DNA from: Spirochaetaceae bacterium
Lineage (GTDB): Bacteria; Spirochaetota; Spirochaetia; DSM-2461
DNA: 64,000 nt
Direction: 5' to 3'
Assembly (NCBI GenBank): GCA_965224705.1
Contig: OZ245056.1
Span: 1,120,001-1,184,000, forward strand
Of the stretch, positions 28,936-39,416 are shown in pieces. The position numbers and the translations under genes are program-made. Position 1 is the first letter of the stretch. Each line of letters opens with the position of its first letter. The notes under the pieces are model-generated. The model had not been told where the DNA came from. It was given only the letters and a program-made list of their open reading frames with translations, and did no database searches.

Positions 28936-30345
28936 ATGGATCGGGAGGTTTTCTTGCCGTCACAGCCCCAGCGTCTCTCAATAGCGCATAAAGTTACTCA
29001 AAAGCAGATCATTTCCCACCAGATTATTCAATCGATCAAATTGATGTCCATGTCGCGTGCGGAATTGCAGGAAGCTATTCATGAAGAAGTAGAAAAAAAT
29101 CCGGCTCTGGAAGTTGTTCAGGAAGCCGGTGAAACCGATGTGCCCGCCATGACTGAGGCCGTGACTGACGAATATCAGGAAATGGACTCTGAGTTGTATT
29201 CCGGTGCTTCCGATCCGGGTTCTCAACCGCTTTCTGAAATTGATTCCAACAGTAAGCAGAGTTTCCTTGAAGGGGCTGTTTCCCGGAATGAAACCCTTTA
29301 CGATCATCTCATCAATCAGTTGCGTCTTATAAACATTGATACAGATACAATGAACCTGGCAGAGCAGATAATCTATAATCTCGATGAGAACGGATTCCAT
29401 CGGGAACCGCCCTCTCTTTTCCTCAAAGGAACTGAAAAGGATAAAATTCAATATACCCTGAGTCTGGTGCAGAATCTGGATCCTATCGGGTGTGCCTGCA
29501 AAGACTGGAGCGAATCTCTGCTTGTACAGGCCCGTATTCGGGGCGACAGTCCTCGCTTATTCGAAACATTTATCAATAAAGCTTTGCCGGTGATGGAAAT
29601 ACAAAGTTCTGAAGAAGTCCGTTCTTCTTCTGGAATATCGCTTGATGAATGGGAAGACCTTGAAGAATACATTCGCGTACTGAATCCATTCCCGGGTCGT
29701 CTGTACAGTGCCGATTCAATACAGTATTTGATTCCGGATTTAATTGTACGATGTGAGGAAGGAGAGCATGTTCTTGTGCTCAATGATGAAGCATTGCCGG
29801 TTTTGAGATTGGATCATGATTTTGAGAAGATCAAGAACGGAAAAATTGCTGACAAGAATGCGGAGCGGTACATCAACGAGCATTTTCAGAAGGCCCACCA
29901 CTTCATTGGAAGTCTGGCCCAACGGGACAAAACATTGCTCAAAGCGGCTCAGGCCATTGTTGAATATCAACAGGAATTCTTTACTGATGGCCCCAGAGGT
30001 CTCAAACCACTCACCCTGAAGGATGTTGCGGAGAGGATTGGAGTCCACGAAGCCACTGTTTCCCGCATCACATCCAATAAATGCATTCAGACTGAATGGG
30101 GACTTTTTGAACTCAAGTTTTTCTTTACAAACTCCATATCCGGATCGGGAACTTCGGGTTCCAGTGTATCCAAGGTTGCGGCCAAGGAAATGATTCGGGA
30201 AATACTGAAGGAAATTGACAGCGAAAAAAAGGTTTCCGATCAGAAGATCAGCAATCTTCTCGCACGGAGAGGTATCAGGCTTGCACGGAGAACGGTTGCC
30301 AAATATCGAAAAGAGCTTGATTTTCCATCTTCTTATGTAAGATAA
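28936..30345 (+). CDS. rpoN: RNA polymerase sigma-54 factor
   Basis: Q-rich region I, EKNPALE, HEATVSR, RpoN box ARRTVAKYR. Confidence 0.97.
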   Translation: MDREVFLPSQPQRLSIAHKVTQKQIISHQIIQSIKLMSMSRAELQEAIHEEVEKNPALEVVQEAGETDVPAMTEAVTDEYQEMDSELYSGASDPGSQPLSEIDSNSKQSFLEGAVSRNETLYDHLINQLRLINIDTDTMNLAEQIIYNLDENGFHREPPSLFLKGTEKDKIQYTLSLVQNLDPIGCACKDWSESLLVQARIRGDSPRLFETFINKALPVMEIQSSEEVRSSSGISLDEWEDLEEYIRVLNPFPGRLYSADSIQYLIPDLIVRCEEGEHVLVLNDEALPVLRLDHDFEKIKNGKIADKNAERYINEHFQKAHHFIGSLAQRDKTLLKAAQAIVEYQQEFFTDGPRGLKPLTLKDVAERIGVHEATVSRITSNKCIQTEWGLFELKFFFTNSISGSGTSGSSVSKVAAKEMIREILKEIDSEKKVSDQKISNLLARRGIRLARRTVAKYRKELDFPSSYVR

Positions 30346-30372
30346 TGAATTAACTATACTCAGGAGGCTGCA

Positions 30373-30669
30373 GTGACGGTAGAAATTAGAAGCATCCATG
30401 GATACACACAGGATGATGATACAAAAGCGTATATCGACAAAAGAATGAAGCGTTTGAACAATGTTAAAGAACACATAGCGGATTTGCATATAACTCTGGA
30501 CAGAGAAAGAAATGGTGAATACAAGACGGAATCCACCATTCATTTTCGCTGGGGGGTTATGGGTCACTTAAAGGTATCCAACCGTGATATATACAGGGCT
30601 CTTGACTCACTATTCGAGAAGATTGAAGCAAAAGCAACCAAAGAAAAAGAAAAAATTCAAGAACATTGA
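30373..30669 (+). CDS. hpf: Ribosome hibernation factor (HPF/RaiA)
   Basis: 98 aa directly after rpoN, GGAGG RBS + GTG, DIYRALD motif. Confidence 0.85.
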   Translation: MTVEIRSIHGYTQDDDTKAYIDKRMKRLNNVKEHIADLHITLDRERNGEYKTESTIHFRWGVMGHLKVSNRDIYRALDSLFEKIEAKATKEKEKIQEH

Positions 30670-30679
30670 TATTGTATAA

Positions 30680-31684
30680 ATGGGCAAATTTACAGTACTG
30701 GATTTAATTGACCTTGAACCTGAGCGTCCCAACGCAATGGATCTCCGGTGTTGCAGCGGCCGCCGCGGTTTGTCCAGGGAGATATACTCTACAGAGATTA
30801 ACAGGCCCGGCATGCCCCTTACGGGTTTTTTCGATCAGTTTGTAAGTGAAAGAATTCAAATAATTGGCCGGGGAGAATCAACTTACATTGATTCTGTTCC
30901 GGTTGAGAAACTCATGCCCAATCTTAAACGCCTGTTCTCATACAATATCCCATGTTTCATTTTTTGCTATAAAATTGAGCCGCCGGATTTCTTCAAAAAA
31001 GCATCAGAAGAGTCTGGAATCCCAATTCTACTGACACCGCTGGATTCTTCTTCTCTCATTATTCGTCTTCTGAGAGCTCTGGATGATGTCTTCGCACCAA
31101 GCCAGACCGTCCATGCCGCACTTGTGGCCGTTGAGGGAATGGGTGTACTTATTCAGGGAGAGAGTGGAATTGGTAAAAGTGAAACAGCTCTTGAACTCCT
31201 CGATAGGGGACACCGGCTTATTGCCGATGATGCGGTACTGCTGAAATGTCTGAATGGTAACAGCATCTGGGGATATGGAACCAGCAGGGAATTCAATCAT
31301 CATATGGAAATAAGAGGCATGGGAATAATTGATGTCGCCAGGGTTTACGGGGTTAATGCCGTCAGTGACCGGAAACTTGTCGAAATGGTTTTTGAGCTTG
31401 TCACATGGGACAGCACGGCTCTTTATAACCGCCTTGGTCTTTTGGACGTGACGACAATGCTGCTTGATGTTAATATACCCATGATCACCATACCGGTGAA
31501 ACCGGGACGGAATATCCCAATTATAATCGAGGCGGCCGTTCGAAACCAGCGGCTTAAGTCACAGGGTGTTTACACCGCCCGAGAGTTTAATAAGGCCTAT
31601 ATGCACTACCTGGAAAGTGAAAATGCCAGGAAACAGCGTTTTGGAAGACTGGAAACCAGATGGGGGAAGGATGAAGTCACGTAG
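30680..31684 (+). CDS. hprK: HPr kinase/phosphorylase
   Basis: INRPG, GESGIGKSETALEL, LIADD, MEIRGMGI, PVKPGRN. Confidence 0.96.
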   Translation: MGKFTVLDLIDLEPERPNAMDLRCCSGRRGLSREIYSTEINRPGMPLTGFFDQFVSERIQIIGRGESTYIDSVPVEKLMPNLKRLFSYNIPCFIFCYKIEPPDFFKKASEESGIPILLTPLDSSSLIIRLLRALDDVFAPSQTVHAALVAVEGMGVLIQGESGIGKSETALELLDRGHRLIADDAVLLKCLNGNSIWGYGTSREFNHHMEIRGMGIIDVARVYGVNAVSDRKLVEMVFELVTWDSTALYNRLGLLDVTTMLLDVNIPMITIPVKPGRNIPIIIEAAVRNQRLKSQGVYTAREFNKAYMHYLESENARKQRFGRLETRWGKDEVT

Positions 31685-31943
31685 CGTAACTATTCTTAAC
31701 CGGGCCGGTATGCATGCTCGTCCAGCTTCCATCCTTGTACAGGCAGCACAGGAGTATGAGAGCTCAATCTGGATAGAAAAGGAAAACGTCCGAGTAAATG
31801 CAAAATCAATTATGAACATACTCACCCTGGGCGCAACCTACAAAACAAAACTTCTTATATGTGCGGAAGGGGAGGATGAAGAAAGTGCTGTCAATGAAAT
31901 TGCGTCCCTTTTTGAGAACAAGTTCAAGAACATGAAAGGATGA
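31671..31943 (+). CDS. ptsH: Phosphocarrier protein HPr
   Basis: GMHARPA (His15), NAKSIM (Ser46); ATG 31671. Confidence 0.95.
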   Translation: MKSRSVTILNRAGMHARPASILVQAAQEYESSIWIEKENVRVNAKSIMNILTLGATYKTKLLICAEGEDEESAVNEIASLFENKFKNMKG

Positions 31944-31947
31944 AACC

Positions 31948-33315
31948 GTGAGCCATATCCTTGTCGTTGATGACGATCCAGCCATTCAGAATGCCTTGAG
32001 GAAGATACTGCAGAATGCAGGTTATGACGTTCTTGTCGCTGAAGATGGGAATGAGTGTCTCAGGCTGCTGAAGACTGAACTTGTCGATGTTGTTTTTTTA
32101 GACTTCCGTCTGCCGGGAATTGGAGGGTTTGAGGTACTGGAGGTGATTAAATCTCAGTGGCAGGATATTGAAGTGGTTATGATTTCAGGGCATGCAAATG
32201 TTGAGAATGCTGTAAAGGCTATTAAACTTGGGGCCTATGATTATCTTGAGAAACCACTGCAGACAGCACGAGTTTTGACCATTGCGAGAAATGCTGTTCG
32301 CATGGAAGCTCTTCGCCGGGAGAACACGTCTCTTCGCCAGGGACAGTTCATTGATGAAATGATCGGTTCTACACAGGAAATGCGGCAGATTCAGGACATC
32401 ATCAGCCAGAGTGCTCCATCAGACTCACGTGTAATGATACTTGGAGAAAATGGAACCGGCAAGGAACTGGTCGCTCGAATGATTCATGCAAAAAGCCACC
32501 GGTACAGGGAGAATTTCGTCGTTATGAACTGTGCGGCGATACCTGACAATTTGATAGAAAGTGAACTGTTTGGTCACGAAAAGGGTGCCTTTACCGGTGC
32601 TGTCGCCAGGCACAAGGGGAAATTTGAAATAGCCGATGGAGGGACACTTTTTCTTGATGAAGTAGCTGATATGTCTCTGGATGCCCAGGCCAAGGTTCTT
32701 CGTGCGATTCAGGAAATGACATTCACACCTGTTGGAGGAGAGAATCCAATTCAAGTCGATGTCCGTGTTATTTCGGCGACAAACAAGGACATACTTGGTG
32801 AAGTAAAAGCAGGAACTGTTCGGGAAGATCTGTTCTTTCGGCTCAACGTTATCCCCATTACACTGCCTCCTTTACGGGATCGGAAAGAAGACATACCTGC
32901 TCTCATCGCATATTACCAGCAGCGCCTTGCCCTGGAACGCAAGGAAAATGTACAGAAGCACTTCACCAATGAGGCAATGGAACTTCTTATAGAGTATCCC
33001 TGGCCTGGAAATATCCGGGAACTCAAAAATTTCGTTGAAAGAATTACTATTCTTGTTGAATCGACAGAAGTCTCTGAAGATGTAATGAAGTATTATCTTG
33101 GTGAAGCCGACAGGCATAATCCAGTTGTTCTGCTGGATCATGATTATCAGAATATGAAACTTGCAGAAGCCAGGGAGAAGTTTGAAATGTCCCTGATTCA
33201 ACAGCGTCTTGCTGCGTATAACAACAAAGTATCTGAAACAGCACAGGCCCTTGGTGTTTACACAAGCAATCTGCACAAAAAGATAAAAAAATATGGAATT
33301 GAGATCGTTAAATGA
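31948..33315 (+). CDS. Sigma-54-dependent response regulator (NtrC family)
   Basis: Receiver (VVDDD, LDFRLPG, YLEKP), GENGTGKE, GAFTGA, LFLDEV, C-terminal HTH. Confidence 0.95.
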   Translation: MSHILVVDDDPAIQNALRKILQNAGYDVLVAEDGNECLRLLKTELVDVVFLDFRLPGIGGFEVLEVIKSQWQDIEVVMISGHANVENAVKAIKLGAYDYLEKPLQTARVLTIARNAVRMEALRRENTSLRQGQFIDEMIGSTQEMRQIQDIISQSAPSDSRVMILGENGTGKELVARMIHAKSHRYRENFVVMNCAAIPDNLIESELFGHEKGAFTGAVARHKGKFEIADGGTLFLDEVADMSLDAQAKVLRAIQEMTFTPVGGENPIQVDVRVISATNKDILGEVKAGTVREDLFFRLNVIPITLPPLRDRKEDIPALIAYYQQRLALERKENVQKHFTNEAMELLIEYPWPGNIRELKNFVERITILVESTEVSEDVMKYYLGEADRHNPVVLLDHDYQNMKLAEAREKFEMSLIQQRLAAYNNKVSETAQALGVYTSNLHKKIKKYGIEIVK

Positions 33316-33917
33316 GAAAACCTACAACAAGGCAGATGGAGTTACTCGATTTCATTGAGAGCTTTCATAGAAGAAAACAATACTCGCCAAGCATCCGAGA
33401 GATTGCCGAACATTTCAAAATATCCGTCAAAGGTGCGTACGACCATGTACAGGCACTCAAGAGGAAGGAACTCATCACCCAGCAGAAGAATTGCCCTCGA
33501 TCCATAGGAATTGTAAATCGCTCAATGGAATCAGGCGAACAAAGCATCTTCATTCCTGTCCTTGGTCATGTTGCCGCCGGTACCCCACTATTCGCCGAAG
33601 AGAACTATGATGGTGAGATTGCACTGTCTCCCAGTCTTGTGGGTTCGTTTAGAAATGTCTTTGCCCTCCATGTGGAGGGCGACAGTATGGTTGGCGCAGC
33701 TATTCATGACGGCGATCTGGCCATCATTGCGAAGCAGGAGACGGCGGAGAATGGTCAAATCATTGTTGCGAGGCTGGATGAAGCAGTGACACTGAAACGA
33801 TATTACAAAGAGAAGAACCGTATATGTCTTAAGGCTGAGAATCCTGCTTACAGACCAATGTATAAGAGGGAGGTTCAGATTCTTGGACGTATCATTATGG
33901 TAATTCGGAAGTTTTAG
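33312..33917 (+). CDS. lexA: SOS repressor LexA
   Basis: PSIREI HTH, VAAG cleavage site, GDSM serine, TLKR lysine. Confidence 0.95.
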   Translation: MRKPTTRQMELLDFIESFHRRKQYSPSIREIAEHFKISVKGAYDHVQALKRKELITQQKNCPRSIGIVNRSMESGEQSIFIPVLGHVAAGTPLFAEENYDGEIALSPSLVGSFRNVFALHVEGDSMVGAAIHDGDLAIIAKQETAENGQIIVARLDEAVTLKRYYKEKNRICLKAENPAYRPMYKREVQILGRIIMVIRKF

Positions 33918-33919
33918 CC

Positions 33920-34918
33920 ATGGCGGCAGCCACTCAGCCTGTCTATTTCTTCCCCGGCCCGGAAACCGGGAAAAAAAGAGAGCGTATCAATTCAATTCTA
34001 AGCACTGTGACTGCTCAGGACGGGGAAGAGCCGGAATTGCATAAATTTTATCCCTATGACACTCCCATCGTTGATGTTATCTCCGTTATACAGAATGGTT
34101 CACTTTTCGCATCCCGGCGAGTCGTCGTGTTTTCGGATGTTCATGCCCTGAAATCAGATGGCATAAAAGCAATTATCGCATACATTCATTCCCCAACTCC
34201 AGACGCAATTCTGATACTCACTACCGATCAATCTCCAGGTTCCAGGGAGTATCCGGAAAAGCTGGCAGGATCCTTACCCAGGGACAGCATTGAGGTGTTC
34301 TGGGAGGCATTTGCAGGCGATAAGCGAGGCTGGGTAATGCACTTTTTCAGAGAAAAGAACATTAGAATTGAGAGCAGTGCGGTCGATGTTCTCCTGGATA
34401 TAACGGAAGGAACAACAGATGCATTGAAAGAAGCGTGCCATCATTTATGCTTTTCAATTGATCCAGAGGAATTAATACTTGAAGAGGATATCAATAAGGT
34501 ATTGGAACATGGCCGCGAAGAAACTGTTTACAGCCTTTTTGACCGTTTTTGCAGGAGGGACTTAAATGGAGTGCTGGATGCTTATCATAAACTGATGTAT
34601 TCCTCCCCGGCAACAATGGATAGATTTCTCATGCTGTTCGCGGATCCGGTTGTACACCTCATGAATTTCAAGCAAAAGGTTTCCGAGGGACTGGATGAAG
34701 GTTTTGCCGCAAAAGAATTGAGACTTGGAGGGGGGAAGCGTGCCCTTCGCAGCTATAAAGAAGGTGTCCATCGATACAGCAATACGGAACTCCGTCATGC
34801 AGTAAAAAGCCTGGTGGATCTGGAGGCATGGCTGCGGGATGCACCCCGGGAATTACGCAATCTTAAAACCGAACTCTGGCTATGCCGGGTAATCGGCTCT
34901 CATAATTCCGATCAATAG
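33920..34918 (+). CDS. holA: DNA polymerase III delta subunit
   Basis: VYFFPGPE, SLFASRRVVV; 332 aa; follows lexA. Confidence 0.8.
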   Translation: MAAATQPVYFFPGPETGKKRERINSILSTVTAQDGEEPELHKFYPYDTPIVDVISVIQNGSLFASRRVVVFSDVHALKSDGIKAIIAYIHSPTPDAILILTTDQSPGSREYPEKLAGSLPRDSIEVFWEAFAGDKRGWVMHFFREKNIRIESSAVDVLLDITEGTTDALKEACHHLCFSIDPEELILEEDINKVLEHGREETVYSLFDRFCRRDLNGVLDAYHKLMYSSPATMDRFLMLFADPVVHLMNFKQKVSEGLDEGFAAKELRLGGGKRALRSYKEGVHRYSNTELRHAVKSLVDLEAWLRDAPRELRNLKTELWLCRVIGSHNSDQ

Positions 34919-36693
34919 AGAAGGCGGATGGTTTCTTTCTGCGTTCTGTGTGATATTTTGACATAGCAGGTTTTTGTTGCATCTTCATAATACCAGCCCG
35001 CATAATAGCGTTGAAATTGAGGATCCTGAAACCACTCAATTCCCTGCATATACAGGGAATCAAATTTGTTTATACCCTTGATCGCTATATGGTGTGTACC
35101 ACCTGCAGGAAATTCCAGCAATATCCTTATTTCCTGATTCAATTTCGTTACTGTGAAACCTTCCGCACCGGTGATGGCCCATACTCCCGGATTTAATTCT
35201 TCAGCCAATGATACATGCCTTGGATATGCCTGGAAACCAATGATCTCAGGATAGAAGACTTCCGGAGGAATTGCCCCCGATTGTATAAGATTCCCGTCGC
35301 CTTCTACTTTCAAGGTTTCGGGTAAATTACCATCTTCATCAGCCATGTCCAGAGCTGATATAATCACTTGTTGACCTATTTCCCGGTTGTCATCATCGTT
35401 GAGGAGCAGCACTCCTGCCGTAAGACTGAGTTTTACATCAATGGAACCACCACTTTTTAATAACCACAAACCATTATTCAGCCAGTAAATTCGAGGCAGG
35501 AGATGAACATTGATCAATTCATCGATTGCTTCCTGGCGCAATTCCCTTAAACCCAATTCTCCGGCCTCGTGAAGAAGTGCCACCCGGGCAATTACCTCTT
35601 CACTGGATAATGATGAACCCTGTATTTCCTGAGCAAGGAGTACAATCCTGTTTGCCTGACTCAGATTATTTGTATCGACAAGATAGATCAGGCTGGTTTG
35701 TGGTGCCGGTAACAGGTTCATCAAAGCGATATCCTCCCCTGCTGCGTTGGCACTTCTTTCGACTTCCAGCTCATGGGCATGGCTGTGAGTGACAATATCG
35801 CCCAGAAAAGGGCTTGTCAGCCAGTTGATTTGACGAGGAAATCTTTCTGCCGCATTGAGGGCCGTAGCAAGACTGGCTGTGTAATGTCCATGCTGTATGG
35901 AGTCTGCCAATACAGCCGCAGCCATGGGGGCATCCCATTGTGTCAGGCGATCTGCATTGAAGCGTGTACTCCAGCTTCTTTGAGCCCTTTGAATCCACCG
36001 GTCTACGGCCTGCTGGTAAACATCCTGTGAAGGGAATGAATTCTGCTGCCGCCATTGAACAGCCGTCAGGTAGTCCCTTTTTTTCCATCCCGTTATTTCA
36101 AGAGTGGAAGAATCACTCCCGTTGGCAACTAATTGAATCTTTTCCGATGAAGTATCCCAGGATGAACTTTCCGGCAGTTTAACCGAATAAGCCAGTTCAT
36201 TAGTCGCAAGGCTGAAAACTCCTGGCTGTTCGGGGGAACTTGTTACGAGCGCATCACTGTTGATTTCAAATGGAATTTCCATGGAACGGACCGGCGGAAT
36301 GGTCTCTGGTATGATGGTGTCCAGGCGAAATCCAGGCTCGTCATCACCTGTCTGGATGGAGAAACCTGCACCATGACTGAGTTCAATATAAACAATGCTC
36401 TCTTCCTGCTTCCAATCAACGATGTCCAGTGGATGACGAATGCCGTCAGTCGTGATTAGCACGACTTTATTTCTTTGCGTGATGTCAATTTTTACCATGG
36501 CTTCACTGAGAGTTATACGTCTGATTTCCGGTGAATAGAGGGCCGTTCCACGACTTGTATAACCCTCAATCGATAGAGTGCCGGAACTTGCACTGAAATG
36601 CTTCACCTGAGTTAAGTGAATTATTAAAAAGCCTGCTGCCAGTAGTAGATAAGCTGAGACAAAAGGGAGATAACCTGTCAGGACACGTTTCAT
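34912..36693 (-). CDS. Hypothetical membrane-anchored protein
   Basis: 593-aa ORF with N-terminal TM helix; no motif recognised. Confidence 0.65.
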   Translation of the reverse strand: MKRVLTGYLPFVSAYLLLAAGFLIIHLTQVKHFSASSGTLSIEGYTSRGTALYSPEIRRITLSEAMVKIDITQRNKVVLITTDGIRHPLDIVDWKQEESIVYIELSHGAGFSIQTGDDEPGFRLDTIIPETIPPVRSMEIPFEINSDALVTSSPEQPGVFSLATNELAYSVKLPESSSWDTSSEKIQLVANGSDSSTLEITGWKKRDYLTAVQWRQQNSFPSQDVYQQAVDRWIQRAQRSWSTRFNADRLTQWDAPMAAAVLADSIQHGHYTASLATALNAAERFPRQINWLTSPFLGDIVTHSHAHELEVERSANAAGEDIALMNLLPAPQTSLIYLVDTNNLSQANRIVLLAQEIQGSSLSSEEVIARVALLHEAGELGLRELRQEAIDELINVHLLPRIYWLNNGLWLLKSGGSIDVKLSLTAGVLLLNDDDNREIGQQVIISALDMADEDGNLPETLKVEGDGNLIQSGAIPPEVFYPEIIGFQAYPRHVSLAEELNPGVWAITGAEGFTVTKLNQEIRILLEFPAGGTHHIAIKGINKFDSLYMQGIEWFQDPQFQRYYAGWYYEDATKTCYVKISHRTQKETIRLLY

Positions 36694-36780
36694 TATAAGT
36701 CATGATACTGATGTCTATTCCGCTGGGCAAGGTTGCCCGGTTGTGGAATCGTCGGCTATCATGATTCATAAGGAGAAAAC

Positions 36781-38175
36781 ATGCATCAATTACTCTTACC
36801 TGACAGGAAATCCATACTTCTTTCAGTCAGTGTTTACCTGCTGATAACCATATCCTGCACATCCATACCTGAAAAGTCTGGAGCGATAAACAATATAAGT
36901 CCTGGAGCCTCTTCATCCGAAGAAAAACCCCCGAAAGATCCTTACGAAGAAATAGAAAATTCAGATGATCTACTTGAAACTCTGAACAAACAGGATTGGG
37001 AAAAGATGGATCCTGAAACACAGTTGATCTATGCCGTGCTTCTTTCCAGTAATGGGCAGCTGGATGATTCAAAAACGATTTTGAACACATTGATCAGGAA
37101 TGATCCTTCAATGGGGACTGCGCTGTTTCATTTAGCTCTTGTCGAAGATGCTGGAGGAAATGAGGATGCCAGGAATAAAGCACTGGATTCCGCAATCAAG
37201 GCCGATCCAGACATGGTTGAAGCCCTGGTTTTCCGGGCTGACCTGGCAGTAGAACGTTCGCAGTTCTCCGAAGCTGAAAAGGATTACAGTCATGCATTGA
37301 AACTGGATCCAGAAAATGTGGAAACATTGGTGGGACTGGCGTGGGTATACGCAAAAAATGACAAAAAAGAGAAAGCATTGACTCTCCTAAGTGAAGCACT
37401 GGAAATAGACCCAACTTATATATATGCCAGAGTCGACAGAGCCAGAGTGAATGTCAGTTTGAGCAATTATGAAGATGCCGAAGATGATTTAGATGAGGTC
37501 ATTGCCCTTGAACCGGATGTTGAGTGGCATTATCTGGACAGGGCAAGAATAAGGCTGGCATATTTCAAAGATTTCGAAGGGGCGTTATCGGATCTGACCG
37601 TTGTAGAAGAAATGAATCCGGACAATTTCCTTGCGATGGTATATCTGGCAGGATTACATGAAGAACAACGCCGTTTTACAAGTTCTTTCCGCTACTACAG
37701 GAAAATTCTGGAGAAGCGTCCTGACTACATTGAGGCCTATGCCTCGATGGGAAAGCTTTCCTGGATGGCAGGTCATTATTCTGAAGCGGCCAGGTGGTTT
37801 GAAAAAGCTTCCGCCAACGATCCTGACGAATTCTCCCTGCAATTGATGAGTGCCCTGTCACTGCTTCGGGCTGGCAAAAGAACAGAGGCGAGAGTCATGT
37901 TCGCGGAGACTCTGCGCCGATTCAAGCAGGATGAAACGGCGTATTCAGTCGTCCGATTCTGTAGTGAACGTTCATCAGATGTTTTCGCTGTCAATGCATT
38001 GAATAAAGAGGTGAATGATGTGCTTCGAAACAGATTGTGGTACTACATGGGAGTCATCTACGAATATGAGAACAATCATACCGGTTCTACGGCTGTATTC
38101 GAAAAAATCAGCGAATTAAAGGGCCGGTTGGAATATGACCTGGCATGGGCAGCCCTCAATGGTATGGGAGATTGA
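36781..38175 (+). CDS. Tetratricopeptide-repeat lipoprotein
   Basis: AAGGAG RBS, lipobox ITISC, repeated A(I/L)xxDP TPR units. Confidence 0.85.
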   Translation: MHQLLLPDRKSILLSVSVYLLITISCTSIPEKSGAINNISPGASSSEEKPPKDPYEEIENSDDLLETLNKQDWEKMDPETQLIYAVLLSSNGQLDDSKTILNTLIRNDPSMGTALFHLALVEDAGGNEDARNKALDSAIKADPDMVEALVFRADLAVERSQFSEAEKDYSHALKLDPENVETLVGLAWVYAKNDKKEKALTLLSEALEIDPTYIYARVDRARVNVSLSNYEDAEDDLDEVIALEPDVEWHYLDRARIRLAYFKDFEGALSDLTVVEEMNPDNFLAMVYLAGLHEEQRRFTSSFRYYRKILEKRPDYIEAYASMGKLSWMAGHYSEAARWFEKASANDPDEFSLQLMSALSLLRAGKRTEARVMFAETLRRFKQDETAYSVVRFCSERSSDVFAVNALNKEVNDVLRNRLWYYMGVIYEYENNHTGSTAVFEKISELKGRLEYDLAWAALNGMGD

Positions 38176-38177
38176 AT

Positions 38178-39380
38178 ATGAGTTCTTTCGTATTAGACAG
38201 AGTTTCCGATACACGGATGAAGATAGAAGTTGGAACCAGAAAAATTGTTCTGGTTGGTACAGCCCATGTTTCAGCGGAGAGTCTGGAAGAAGTAAAAACT
38301 TCAATACTTGCGGAATCACCTGATCATGTCTGTGTTGAATTGGATGATGCACGGTTGAAAAACCTTGAAAAGGGGCGTAAATGGTCAAGTACGGATATTA
38401 AGAACGTTCTCCGTAAGAAACAGGGTTTCATGATGATGGCCAATTTGGCTCTGACATCATTCCAGCGGCGTATGAGTTTTGATACTGGAGTACTGCCCGG
38501 TGAGGAGATGAAAGCTGCTGTCGATATCTGCCGGGAAAACAGCATTCCATTCACCTGTGCCGATCGTTCCGTCCAGATCACTTTGAGCAGAGCCTGGCGC
38601 AAAAGTGGTTTCTTTTCAAAGTTAAAACTTGTCTCATCGCTTATCGCATCAGTACTGTCTCGCGAGAAGGCCTCAGCAGAAGAAATTGAGAAGCTGAAAG
38701 AAACGGATGTGATGCAGGGAATGATGAATGAATTGGCGGCCTTTTTACCATCGATTAAAACAGTCCTGATAGATGAAAGGGATTACTTCCTCGCAGCTAA
38801 AATCTTTGATGCTCCCGGTGAGAGAATTCTTGCCGTTGTTGGAGCAGCCCATATCCAGGGCATCTGTAAACTTCTTGAGAAGATGTTCAACGGGCAGCTA
38901 TCCAATGATACCTCTGATATCGAAGTGGTACCACCGAAAGGATGGCTGGGCAAGGCGCTCCCCTGGATTTTACCTGCTGTTATCATTTGTCTATTTGTAA
39001 CAGGCATTGTACGATCCGGATTGGAAAGGGGACTGGAAATGAGTACGATCTGGATCCTTTCCAATGGAATTCCTGCCTCTCTGGGAGCGATAGCTGCACT
39101 GGCCCATCCCCTGACTGTTTTAGTCAGCTTCCTTGGTGCTCCTCTTACTTCCTTGAACCCGACTATTGGCGTAGGAATGGTTGCAGGACTTCTTGAATAT
39201 CTATTCAGAAATCCTCGAATCGTGGATATGGAAAACCTGAATTCCGATATAATTTCTCTGAAAGGCTGGTACCGGAACAGGATTACGCGGATTCTGCTGG
39301 TTTTCTTTCTCAGCTCTCTGGGAAGCAGCATTGGTACCATGGTGGCCATTCCATGGCTGACTCAGGTTATGGGGAAGTAA
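38178..39380 (+). CDS. TraB/PrgY/GumN family protein
   Basis: LVGTAHVS, VCVELD, PGEEM, LIDERD, AVVGAAH, C-terminal TM helices. Confidence 0.9.
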   Translation: MSSFVLDRVSDTRMKIEVGTRKIVLVGTAHVSAESLEEVKTSILAESPDHVCVELDDARLKNLEKGRKWSSTDIKNVLRKKQGFMMMANLALTSFQRRMSFDTGVLPGEEMKAAVDICRENSIPFTCADRSVQITLSRAWRKSGFFSKLKLVSSLIASVLSREKASAEEIEKLKETDVMQGMMNELAAFLPSIKTVLIDERDYFLAAKIFDAPGERILAVVGAAHIQGICKLLEKMFNGQLSNDTSDIEVVPPKGWLGKALPWILPAVIICLFVTGIVRSGLERGLEMSTIWILSNGIPASLGAIAALAHPLTVLVSFLGAPLTSLNPTIGVGMVAGLLEYLFRNPRIVDMENLNSDIISLKGWYRNRITRILLVFFLSSLGSSIGTMVAIPWLTQVMGK

Positions 39381-39416
39381 TGCTCGATCCAGATCGTTAG
39401 AGCTTTGCTGAGTGAT

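Noticed and set aside
29740..30567. Long antisense ORFs (also 59750-60592, 9274-9906, 49950-50570)
   Set aside because: They are shadows of well-supported genes on the opposite strand and have no recognisable motifs.
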